Shown here: positions 51,230 to 63,719 of the stretch, one piece after another | Layout of the letters: each line of letters starts with the position of its first letter | How positions within the stretch are numbered: the stretch's first letter is position 1 | Origin: Paragordius varius | Lineage: Eukaryota > Animalia > Nematomorpha | Reading direction: 5' to 3' | Length of the DNA: 64,000 nt | NCBI GenBank assembly: GCA_964247055.1 | Contig: OZ176060.1 | Span: 372,001 to 436,000 of the forward strand | The notes under the pieces: generated by a model | The model's input: only the letters and a program-made list of their open reading frames with translations | The model's database searches: none | What the model was told of the DNA's origin: nothing | Position numbers and translations under genes: made by a program

Positions 51230-52140
51230 AATTCCCCCTCTTGAACCATTCAAAAACTATTCGAATTCAGCCCCTTGAACAATAATTTACCCCATCTAAC
51301 AATTGATATTGACCCTTTAATATTTCACCCCATCGAACAATTGAAAATCACCCTTTAACAAATCAAGAAAAAATTACCCTTTAACAATACAAATTCACCC
51401 TCGAACAATTTTTCACACTTTTAAACAATTTAAATTCATCCTTAAAGAGTTCAAATTAACCTTAACAATTCAAATTCATCCTTGAAGAGTTCAAATTAAC
51501 CTTAACAATTCGAATTCACCTTAAAAACAATTATGTGTTTTCAAGTAGCTAAGACTCATAATTAAGAAATATATATTTATGGCGCATAGTTGATTATTTT
51601 TTCAGTACTATTTTTATTTTAAACAAAATTCATTTATTAAAAATATGTATAAAAAATAAGGGTAATTTTTAAATAGTTAAGAAAGACATAATTTATTTGA
51701 GGAAAAATTTGAAATATTCAAGAGGGTGAGTTTAAATTGTTCAAGGGGGTAAATTTGAATTGTTCAAGGGCGAATTCGAATTATTCAAGGGTGAATTTAA
51801 ATTGTTTAAGGGGATGAATTCGAATAGATAGAGGGTGAATTTAAATTGTTTAAGGGTGAATTTGAATTATTCAAGGGTGTATTAGAATTGTTCAAGGGTC
51901 AATCTAAATTCAAGGGTGAATTTGAATTGTAGGGGGTGAATTTGAATTGTCCAAGGGTGTAGAACTGTTCAAGGGTGAATTTGAATTGTTCAAGGGTGAA
52001 TTTAAATTGTTTAAGGGGAAATAGAATATTTCGAGGGTATATTTAAATTGTATAAGAGGGTGAATTTGAATTGTAACGGTATATATTAAATGGTTCAAGG
52101 GGGTGAATCTGAATTGTTCAAGAGTTAATTTAAATTGTTA
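51230..52140. repeat. Two inverted arrays of a 21-bp minisatellite (TTCAAGGGTGAATTTGAATTG)
   Basis: Reverse units at about 51230-51530, forward units at about 51710-52140, with a unique spacer of about 180 bp. Confidence 0.85.
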
Positions 52141-55056
52141 ATGGTGTATAATATTATATTTTCAATTTAAAATACATGCTAAATTTTGGAGTTTATAGGT
52201 TTGTTTGTTATTTGTTATTATTTATCCGAGTTACCCGTTTTTAAGATATATGTATGGAAAGGTAAATACGCTTTAAGATTTAATAAAACTTTTTCTATAT
52301 AACTCAATAGTAAAAACATTTCAAACAGTTCAGAATTCTAATTAAAAATATTAGTTTGCTTGCAAATTAAAATTGTAAATATTTAACTTGAAGGCAAACA
52401 GATTAATCGAAGTTCTGTGGTGATTGAAATGTTTAGCATCATTAAATTATGTAGAAAAAGTTATTTATAAAATCTTAAAACACTTTTATACTGTTTCCAT
52501 CATACAAAAATAGTATGAAATACTTTTCAACAAAATGTTGATAAATATTAGTATGGAGAAACTTCCATTTTTTATATATATATTTTTAAAATTTATATTT
52601 CGAATTTTGATCGCGCTATCTCGGCATTTTTGCGCTTATTTTAAAAGGACTAGCCCATTTTCAAAAAGCATTACTTGGGACAGTTAAATTATAAGGAAAA
52701 AACGTAAAAAATTAGGCATGATTGTTTCAAAAAACAAACATACTTTTATTAACCGGTTTCTATTTTAAAACTATTCAATTACAATTAAAAAATATATAAT
52801 TTGGGTTCAATATACGTCTTGTTCATACTTTGCGATTCGAATGAAAAGACAAATGTCTTTTTAAAAATATTTGTTTAATATTTTTGCGTTTTTTTCTTAT
52901 AATTATAATTATTACTATGTTATATATATATTATAAATTATTCGATAGTATTAATAAATTTTTAAATAGTATTGTATATCCACAAAATCAAGCATTACAT
53001 AACATATTTTCTAAACTTGATTATTTAAATCTTTAAATCGCAAAATATGATATATTGATATGATTTGGTAATTAATCAATTGTATATTTGCAATTGGAAA
53101 TATGCAGGATAGATTTCAAAAATAGGATTTTTATATATCTTGTCTATAAATCTTCGTTTTGTCTGTAAAATTTTAATATTTTAAAACTCATAATTTCTAT
53201 TAACATTTATTGGACTTTTCAAACCCGTATATAAAATATTTTCCTTGTTTTAAAATTTAAATCTGTTTATAATTAATTTTGTGGATACCCAATATAAGAT
53301 ACATTAAAATCAAGTAATTATATATATAGTAATAATTGTAATTATACGGACAAAACACAATTAAACAAATATTATTTAAATTTCAAAGTATGAAAAAGAG
53401 ATGTATATTGGACACCAATTATTAATTTTACAATTGTTTATAAATTGTTTAAAACACCCGATTAATAAAAGTATTTTGTATTTTGAAAAAAATATATTTA
53501 TCTCTAATTTTAACGTTTTTTCCCTACAATTTACAGTAAATAGATGGCTTATTTAATGATTATATAGTAATTTTATTCATTATTAGATGTACTTCATATG
53601 GTATTTATTAAACGCAAAATATATTTTAAAAAAGAAAATAGAGATTTTTTAAATTTTAATATGGTATAAATTGTTTTATATAATTGGGTTCTAACGTTTG
53701 CTTTTTGTACACTTATTATTTTTTCCCTCTCTTGAAAAATTTTTGCTTAAAAAATTAACAAAATGATTATATAATTTCAAATCAATTCATTTTTTACAAC
53801 TATGATGCCTTTTGCTTTCATACAAAGCTAATAATATTTAAATATTTATTAAATTATTAAGACAAGACTTATCATGAAATGTATTTTTTCGCTATTTTTT
53901 GGTAAAAATTTATCAGCAAAATTTATTGTTAATATCTTTTATGCTTATATTGGAAAAATATTTAATTTGCTTTATATTTTCTAATTTATAAGTTATGTTC
54001 TCCTAATAAATTAATTATCAAGGGGTTTTTGTTGATTTCAAAAATTGTATGGATTTTGCTGTTTGGTTGATTAGATATAGCTTGTTGAGTATCCATTTTT
54101 ATTTTCCCAAAAACTACAAAGGTTGTGAATTATTCGTAGTGAATTCCTCCTCCATTTTAATCGAATCACGGAAAACAATTTTCGCACTAATTTTTATCAA
54201 GCATCCAACAAAATCATTATTGGTAATGCATTTTAATATCAATAGTAGAGCCATTAGATTACCTTATAAAATCTGAAACAGATGGCATATTTTATTACAT
54301 TTTTTATTATTGCTCTATTTGGAATAAATATAATCTTACTCTATTTAAATAATTATTTTTTCAATGAAACTTATAAATATGCAAATTTTTATTATATTTA
54401 TGTAATTAACAATCTAATATTCAAATATGTATCAACTGCCTGTTGCTGATATGTCTATTACCTATGAATATGTTTTGGCTATATAATATGTCGAAATCAT
54501 TACAAATTTAAATTTAAGTAATTAAAGCAGTAATACTAAGCAGGATTGTTAACCCCTCCCCTTCTCAAAATGACATTGACGAAATTTATATGTAAATAAC
54601 CTTCTTATTAAATAAACTTTTATATTTACTAATTGTTCTAGCCTTTTTGGCCTAACCATATTTTATTATAATAATTTTGGGATGTTTATTATACTTAAAA
54701 AATAGTATAATATAAACTCTGAAAAACTATTAGAAGTGAATTTTAAAAAAATTATACAACAATATATATATATTATAAAATTTAAATGTAAGATATCCAA
54801 ACATCATGCAACGATTAAATTTTATAATAGGTTCATTATTACTATTCTATATTTTTATTGAATTATATAAAAATAACAACTAAGTTTTTATTCGCGTATT
54901 CAATTATTAGACTTAAAAGTTTGTTTAGAAACAAATTAGTATATATAAATTAATTTTTTTAAAATAACATTTCATTTAAAAGGCGGTTATATTTACTAAA
55001 TTCCACTGAAAAATATTACATCAATCAACTTCATTAATTGAATTAATGGTTTGACG

Positions 55057-55315
55057 CAGGGGGGTCTAACACAAAAGGCTTTGCGGGCCGCATTTATTAG
55101 CTCAACCACCTGCATACACATATGCGGGCCTTCATAAATAATTTATTTGATTTCGAACATAAGACAAAACAAAACGGAAAGCGACAATTATTTTTCATTC
55201 TTGCTATTTAGATACATATATTTAGAAAATGTTAATTAAGAAATATCAATTTTACTAAAATTTTATGAGCATGTATTTTTAAATTATAAATTTCAAGCTT
55301 ATTGCGGGTCGCACA
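55057..55315 (+). mobile_element. hAT-type MITE upstream of the 57-kb ZNF
   Basis: CAGGGGGGTCTAACACAAAAGGCTTTGCGGGCCGC; inverted copy of 37130-37408. Confidence 0.75.
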
Positions 55316-56781
55316 CTCTAATCATTTAATTTTTTTATATATTATGAATAAATTATGAATATACTTTTCTAACCCTTCTAGTTTTGTCATTAAAAATAAT
55401 TAACAGCCTCTCAAAAAGGTGTGATATCTGCAAAATGATTAAATATAAATTTATTAATTAGTAAAAAAAAATTTTTTTCAATGAAACATAAATTATCTTT
55501 AATAAATAATTAAATAATTATATTAATAAAAACTGATAAATTGGTAATAATATAAGTTGGTAATTTTAAAAAGAATTAGTAAATAATTAAATATTTTTTG
55601 TAATATAAACAATTTATATTAATTTTTTGAATTATAATTGTTAAACCATAAAATAACAGAAAAAGTATAAAATGAAACGACAGACGATTACTTTTTTAAA
55701 CGGTTTTTAATTGTCTGCTTTTCATTTATTCGAAAAAATATTCAAATTTATTTGGAAAATGGGTATATTTTTAATTTATTATATATAATATTTTTATAAT
55801 TATTATAAAATATTTATAATTATTTCATTATAAATTATTTGATATCCGTACAATTTTTGATTTTAATATCAATATTATTAAAACTTAAATTTCTAATAAT
55901 ATATATAATATGTAAAATCATGTAAATGTATTAAATATATGTGTTATGATTTAATTTAAAATTAATTATCTGTTTCGAAATTTTAGGAAAATAAAAATTT
56001 AGATAATATTTTTAAATTTTATATTTGATGATAATTTTGTGATTTTTCAGATTATTTTTCATTTTTACAATATGAGTAAGTTTATATTGCTAGAAAGTTC
56101 TTGATTATTGCCAAAAAATTCACCAAAGACAATTATCACTGGATAAAAAAATAAATATTTAAGAAGTGTCAGTTACTTATACTGTGGTTGAATATTTTTT
56201 ATGATTATATTAACTTTTTTTTCTATTTTGATATAAATTTTATCAATAATTAATTTAATATTTATAAAATAAATTTTATTTCAAAAAATATATATTTCTA
56301 AAACGTAAAAATAAAATTTCTAATCTATTCCAATGTTTCAACAAATATTCATTATAAGACTAGTAGATTACCTGATATTAAAATACATAAATGTTTTTAT
56401 GAAATTAATAATTGGTAAAAATAATTGGATTTATTAATATTAATGAATGTACTGTGTATTATTTTCTATCTTAATTAAAACAACACAGTTTTAGATTAAA
56501 TAGTTCGAATTTTAAATTTTAATTAAACTTCCATATATGGTTTTGCATTTTTAGTTTAATTTAGATTTACCAATCCAGCTTTATAAGCGACTTTAGGCAA
56601 CTTTATATTAATAACGATAATTTTATTTTATTTTTTAGGAATTTGAATTACAGTTTAAAATTTACTCAAAAATTATGTAATCAATAATAATCTAATGTCT
56701 ATCAACCATTTTTTTGGCGTATGCCATTTTGTTTCATCATTTATAAATTATTTTTTGTACTTAAATGAAACATATTTTTTA

Positions 56782-57600
56782 GATTTCGGGATTCGACTTA
56801 CAAACTTTGGTGTGTTCCCGATACTAAGCTTTATAAAGTAGAACTCAAAAATCAACAAAAAACGTATATTGATGATCCATCTAAACCGGCATCTTTTATC
56901 AATTTATTGGAAAATGAAGATTTCACAAACGATGATTTACGGAGAATTTTGAACGCTTCTTTCCATAACTTCTGTTATTTAAGGGAACATAAAAGTGAAA
57001 TACTCAATAAAATAATAACTTAAATGATGAAAATAAGAATGTTACCGAAACCAACAAAGATACCCAAATAATTGATTTGGTAGGAGAACAGACGGAACCT
57101 TTAGATCTGTCGCTGAAAAAACCACCAAAAAATATAAAAGATATTACTTCGGTGTGCGACAATATTGATTTAAATGATATAAACATGAATGATATCAACA
57201 AGCTATTTGATGATAGTAACAAAACAAAATTTATTAAATCTTTAAACATTTCAAAAATAATAATTATCGATGTATTCAATGTGATAAGATATACATGTAT
57301 AAAAGCACCTTAACTAAACATATTCGTTCTGTTCATGAAAAAATTAAATATCCGTGCAAAATTTGTTCGAAAATGTTTTCTGACAAGCCATCTTGCTAGG
57401 CACATTAAGTCGGTTCATGATAAAATAAAACATGAATGTCCGATTTGTAAAAATGAATTTACTCAAAAAGAAAACCTTGAAAGGCACATTCAGAGTGTTC
57501 ACACGAAAATTAAAAATAAATGTTCAATTTGCAAAAAGGAATATAGTGGAAAAGGCAATCTTACCAAGCATATTAAATTGTACATAATTAAACAAAATCA
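56782..57600 (+). pseudogene. C2H2 zinc-finger paralog with PLDLS, frameshifted
   Basis: FGDSTYKLWC... domain, EPLDLSLKK at 57098-57112, fingers HECPICKNEFTQKENLERH; several frameshifts. Confidence 0.9.
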
Positions 57601-58059
57601 ACATATAATATATTAAATATAGCATTAAATATAATATTGTTTTAATTTTCTCATTTTTGGAAATAAAATATATTGAGATTTATATTATTTTATAAATTTT
57701 TGCAATATGAAATATTTGAAATGATATTTGAGCGCTCTGTTCTAGTGTTTTCTTTTGTAGAAAAGAAATAAAATACAATAAAAATCGAAATTATACCGAA
57801 ATAAAGTAAGAATTTTTTTCTTTAGGACAACCATAATTTTGTTTTGATAGTATCCTCAAATAGCCTGTTCATCATTCATGCTTATGTCATTAGAATCAAT
57901 ACTGTCGCACACCGAAGTATACTTTTAGTATTAATTTTATAATAGTAAATCATAAAATATAATTTGGTTAAATTTTTATTTTTCATGCTATCCTATAATA
58001 ACACAATCATTTTCGCCAAAAAATTTCAAATTTTTTTTTATAGAATTTCTATGCGAATA

Positions 58060-58367
58060 TTTAGTTTTAGTCATAGTGCTTTACGGTTTTTATGAAAAAG
58101 GCTTATCGTAACCTTCTAAGTTTGAGGTGACAATTGCATTGAAAAGCGTATCATGCCGATTAAACCGTAGAGCCTATTTGTAATATAAAAAATTAGAGTA
58201 TATATACAGTACCGACTTTATTGTTAATACTTCGCAATATTTTTGACCAATTGGCAATACAGTAACGTGTGAATAACAAATAATAAACGGTGTGAAATAT
58301 ACATTTTCCTATAATTACAACATTTAATTTGATTATTAGTTTATGAGATATTTGTTTTATATCATAC
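58060..58367 (-). pseudogene. Copy of the spliced exon module with both introns canonical
   Basis: Intron 58367-58309 (59 nt, GTATGA..TTATAG), ATG at 58304 (MYISHRLLFVIHTLLYCQLVKNIAKY*), intron 58207-58174 (34 nt, GT..AG), then LYGLIG. Confidence 0.5.
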
Positions 58368-58590
58368 GCAACAGCAAAGCTATGTATTTTTCTATAAGAA
58401 TACTAAAAATTAAACTCAAAAACACACCCAAATATCAATGCCAAATATTTTATAAACTCAAATATTTTTAAATATGAATTCGCAAATCTCCATAAAATAA
58501 ATTGCATTTCATAATATATATTTGCAAAAGTCATGAATAAGCAAAATATATATTTTCAACAGATGCTACATGTGTTATATTATAAAGTGT

Positions 58591-59400
58591 TCAATTATGT
58601 ACATTTTTAATATGCCTGGCAAGACTGCCTTTTTCGGTATATTCCTGTTTACGAATCTTACAATTATATGTAATTTTTTCGTTAACATGAATGTGTGTTG
58701 CAACATCTCCTGTTTGAGTAAATTCTTTTCTACAAATCGGACATTGATGTTTTATTTTCTCATGAACTGAATTAATTAATAGAGATTTTAGAAACATCTT
58801 AAAACAAAACTTGCACGGATATTTCATTTGTTCATGAACAGAATGAATGTGTGTGCTAAAACAGATTTACCCCTATACATTCTATTACATTGAACACAAC
58901 AATAATTGTTATCTAATTTTAAAAAGTTTAAAGATTAGGTTTTTTGTTACTATCATTAAATAGCTTGTTAATATTATTCATGCTTATAACATTGGAATCA
59001 ATACTGTCGCACACCGGAGTAATATGTTTTGTGTTGTTTGTTCGTCTTTTCAGCGAAAGATCTAAACTGTTCTCCTACCAAATCAATAACTAGGGTATCT
59101 TTGTTGGTTTCGGTATTTTCATCATCTAAATTATTATTTTGTTGAATATTTTCGCTTTTATGTTCCCTTAAATAACAAAGGTTATAGAAAAAAGCGTTCA
59201 AAATTCTCCGTAAATCATCGTTTGTGAAATCTTTCATCAAATTAAGAAATGAGGCCGGTTTAGATGGATCATCAATATACGTTTCTTGTTGATTTTTGAG
59301 TTCTACTTTATAAAATTTAGTATCGAGATCACACCAAAGTTTGTAAATCGAATCACCAAAATTAAAATATATGTTTCATTTAATTATAAAATTATTTTAG
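58591..59400 (-). pseudogene. C2H2 zinc-finger paralog, disrupted; a LINE is inserted at its 5' end
   Basis: N-terminal domain, a deletion removing EP of EPLDLS, fingers YPCKFC and HQCPICRKEFTQTGDVATH with indels. Confidence 0.9.
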
Positions 59401-59434
59401 AAATGATGAAAAATCGCTCAAGAAAATGGTTTAA

Positions 59435-60783
59435 TTTTTTAAAATCGGAATCATAATGGATGTACACCAATCCTCATGAATTTTTACTATCTCAAATAAA
59501 AAAAAAGGGTAATCCAGAACTGTGTGACAACTATCGCACCATAGCGCTCATAAACCAGGTGTCCAAAGTTTCTAAAAATAATACAGTTTCGTTTAAATTC
59601 CATTCTTGACCCCGAAATATCCACGATTCAGGCTGGTTTTCGAAAAGGTAGAGGATGAGATATGATATGTAACATGAGATGGATAATCGAGAAACACATC
59701 GAATTTAACAAAGCATATGTGCTTTGTCAATTTTTCCAAAGCATTTGATTCCATCCAGCACCTTAAACTACGGAAAGCTCTAAAACAACTCGGAGTGTCA
59801 ACACATTTAATCAACATCATATTTTCAATTTATTCGAATTCCACGGCTATAGTATCCACACCATACGGTATATCTGACCCATGTAGGGTACAAGTCGGCC
59901 TCCGTCAAGGATGCGTTTTATCACCAATTCTTTTTAACGCATACCTGGAGTGCATTATAAGAAATATCCCACAAACTTACGGCATCAACGTAGGTGGGAA
60001 CCTACTTACATCCATTCACTACGCGGATGATACAGTCTTATTCGCAGACAGTCTAGACACATTATCGCAAGCTTTGCAAGTGTTTACAACTGAATGCAAT
60101 AAATTTGGATTAAATATCAATTTCAAAAAAACAAAAGTCATGCAAATAAATCCGGCTCAAACCAATCCAATAATCCTCAACGGCAATTAGATCGAAACAG
60201 TTAGCAGCTATTAGGTAGCACTTTTAATAATGAGAACAACTCTACGCCTGAAATAAAGCGAAGAATTGCTATTGCTAAAGCAGTAACTTTTAAATATAAC
60301 AGGCTTTGGATGTCACATAACATTAAACTACAAACCAAAATCAGATTAATCAAAGCTACAGTTTTCCCCACATTCATGTATGGGGGGGGAAAGCTGGACA
60401 CTGATAAAAATATGATGAACGTCTAATAAACTCTTTCGAATTATGGGTTTGGAGGAAACCTCTTCAAACAAAATGGACAGACAAAGTTTCAAACACCACC
60501 ATTCTAAATAAAATTAACCCAGAAATGTCACTTCTAGGCAGCTTAACACGGCAAAAACTCTCCTTCTTCGGGCACATCATGAGATACTGATGCTGGGAAA
60601 AGTGAGTGGTGCTCGTAAAAGAGGGAGAAGACGAACTCGTTGGATGGATAACATCCTCAAAGAAACCAACCAATCATTATCCGACCTAAACACCAAAACC
60701 GGAAATCGCAGTGAATGGAGAAGCTTTATTTTCAATGTTGCAGTTAGTCGGAATCGACTTTAGCAAACAACAACAACAACAAC
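59435..60783 (+). mobile_element. 5'-truncated RTE-A copy with an inverted 5' segment
   Basis: 59499-60783 is near-identical to the reverse complement of about 45241-46560 and ends (CAA)n. 59435-59498 is the adjacent upstream LINE sequence in inverted orientation. Confidence 0.92.
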
Positions 60784-60789
60784 AAATTC

Positions 60790-62200
60790 AAAAAATTGTT
60801 ATATTATGTGTTTATTAATTTAAAAATTATTAATCCCGTATATATCCCGAATGCGGAACGCTATGCCTTTTGAGTTAAAAGTGCGGCCCGAGAAGACATA
60901 TGGTTGGACACCCCTGTTTTAGTCAAATATCTTTTTATTTATTATTTTTAAATCAAACATTTTTATCAAAAAAAATTTTGTTTGAATGTTTTTCCCGACA
61001 GTATTTTTATCGATAAATTTGACTAAAAAGTGTTTTGAAGCGTTTGGCGAATATAAATGCGAACCATCGATAAAATTAAAAATATTATATTTCAAATTCA
61101 AAAAATATGACTTTTAAAAAATAAGTCATTAATGATTGTGCACTGGAATATATTTGGAAAATTTGTCATTCAATAATTGTTTTTATCAAAAAAATAATCT
61201 CCTAATTATATGCTGATAATAATTAAAAGCTGTTTTTATAATCTTGTTTTGATATTCCATTAAAATTAAACCGTTCTTATTGACTGGGAAAACGTTTTGA
61301 TTGACTGGGAAAATGTTTCGATTAATTAAGAAAATGTTTCGATTGACTGGGAAAACGTTTATTTAGACTGGGAAATGGTATATTATAAAAATTATAAGAA
61401 TAAAACGTATAGTATAAATAAAAATTATTTTTTAAAAACCCGCTACACTTTCTTAAACATGATTTCATAACTCTTTGTTTCAAATTGCAAAGTATGAATA
61501 GAAATATATATTGGTAACCCATATCAGATATATATATATATATATTCATTTCCCAGTCTAAATAAACGTTTTCCCAGTCAATCGAAACATTTTCCCAATC
61601 AGTCGAAACGTTTTCCCAGTCAATCTAACATTTTCCTAGTCAATAAAAACATTTTCCCAATTAATAAAACGTTTTCCGAGTCAATAAAAAAGGTTTTATT
61701 TTTGATGATAAATATCAAAACAAGAATATAAAAACAACTTTTAACCATTATAGCGTAATACATTGAGATAATTTTTAATTAAAAACACAATTATTGAATG
61801 ACAATTTTTCCAAGTATATTCCAGTGCACAATCATTAATGACTTATTCTTTAAATGTTATATTTTTGGAATTTGAGTTAAGATAATATTTTTTATTTTAT
61901 CGATAGTCCGCATTAATATTTGCGGAACTCAGAATAGTTTTTAAATATGTCCGGTTCGTCGATAAATATACTGTCGGAAAAAATATCTTAACAAAAATTT
62001 TTTTGATAAAAATGTTTTTAAGCTAAAAATGTTTAATAAAAAGGATTTACTAAAACAAGGGTGTCCAACTAAATGCCTTCGCGGGCCGCATTTTTAACTC
62101 AAAAAGACGTTTTTCATTCGAAATATATACGGGCATTCACATAATATAAGATTGCAAAATACAAACACAATATAAAAATTTTTTACCAATTTAATAGATC
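60790..62200. repeat. Large inverted repeat (about 600-bp arms) with 21-bp GACTGGGAAAACG arrays at the inner ends
   Basis: 60790-61375 versus 61545-62200; arms include hAT-type ends TTGGACACCCCTG (ending 60916) and AGGGTGTCCAAC (starting 62058). Confidence 0.85.
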
Positions 62201-62339
62201 CATTCATAATAATACGTAAGAAATATGATTATTACTAGGATTTTGTGGGCATATTTTTGCATATGGATTTCCAAATTTTTTGCGGCCCGCACAAAGATAC
62301 TCGGAAGGCCGCCTTAGGCCCCCCAAATGTTAAATAATT

Positions 62340-63260
62340 TATTAGCGTTAAATTTTTTTTAAGATCCTATATAAAGTGTTAAATGACCTTTGTGACAAAA
62401 ATGGTATATTTTTATAAATTTTAATTTATCCATAACTATAGATTTTTTAAGTTAGCCGCATCATCGATAAAATAAAAAATATTATCTAAACTCAAATTCC
62501 AAAAATATGACATTTAAGAATAAGTCATTAATGATTGTGTATGGAATATAATTAAAAAAACTGTCAAAATGTGTTTTAACAAAAAATAATATCCTAATAT
62601 TACGCTAATAATGGTTAAAAGTTGTATTCTTATTTTGATATTTATCATCAAAAATAAAACCGTTTTTATTGACTGGGAAAACGTTTTTTTTGAGTGGGAA
62701 AATGTTTTTATTGACTGGGAAAATGTTTCGATTGACTGGGAAAACGTTTTGATTGACTGGGAAAACGTTTCGATTGACTGGGAAAATGTTTCGATTGACT
62801 GGGAAAACGTTTATTTAGATACCATTTCCCAGTCTAAATAAACGTTTTCCCAGTCAATCTAAACATTTTCCCAGTCAATCGAAACGTTTTCCCAGTCAAT
62901 TGAAACGTTTTCCCAGTCAATAAAAACGTTTTCCCAGTCAATAAAAACGTTTTCCCAGTCAATAAAAACGGTTTTATTTTTGATAATAAATATTAAAACA
63001 AGATACAAAAATAACTTTTAACCATTATCAGCGTAATATTAGGATATTATTTTGCAAAAAAACAATATTATTGCAATATTCCACTACACAATCTTTCTAC
63101 TTATCTTTGAAAGCTATATTTTATTAGCTGGATGAGTATTTGATGGTTTTTGAGATATTTTTAGAAAATTAATAATTTATTTATTTTATCAATCGTTCGC
63201 ATTAATATTCGGGGCTAACCTAAAATATCTAAAGTTTCGGATTGAATTATAAAATTTAAA
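62340..63260. repeat. Near-spacerless palindromic element with central 21-bp arrays
   Basis: Forward units 62665-62820 immediately followed by reverse units 62825-62970; flanking arms are inverted homologues. Confidence 0.85.
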
Positions 63261-63279
63261 TGTATTTTCAACTCTTTAC

Positions 63280-63620
63280 AATCAAAAAGGAAACCTTTCA
63301 ACTTTGTCCTTGATCAAAATACTGTTTTAAATAATTTTACGATGAAAAAGTTGATTTTAATGAAAAAATATATTGGATAAAATACAAATACAAAATTGAT
63401 TTTTTGTCCCCGTACAGTATGTTGAACCCAATCGAAATGGCATTTTCAAAAATGAAAAATTTTGTCCGTCAAAATATTATATTAAATAATATGAATGCGA
63501 ATGTCGAATTAGTGAATCTGATAAAATTGGCAGCGGGCTCCATAACATCGGAGGATAGTTGAAAATGACAAATATGGTAAAGGCGGCAGCCGCTTTACTA
63601 TATATGTGATCTTTTTATAA
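63280..63620 (+). mobile_element. IS630/Tc1-type DDE transposase C-terminal remnant
   Basis: FLSPYSMLNPIEMAFSKMKNFVR from 63401 matches the LPPYSPDLNPIE..W..LK motif; upstream LVLD remnant. Confidence 0.8.
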
Positions 63621-63719
63621 CATATACAATAAATGAAAATCATTTTTAATATATTATCTCAATTTGTCTCTCTAATAAAATCAAACAATGATTGATTTAT
63701 TCAGGTTTGTACAGTAATA

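Noticed and set aside
62611-62841. ORF with IDWENVF heptad repeats
   Set aside because: A 21-bp minisatellite read in frame. The same array occurs in both orientations and with frame-breaking variants elsewhere.
63577-63598. Strong GC hairpin that could be a Helitron 3' end or terminator
   Set aside because: No CTRR terminus follows, and it lies in the tail of the Tc1/IS630 transposase remnant.
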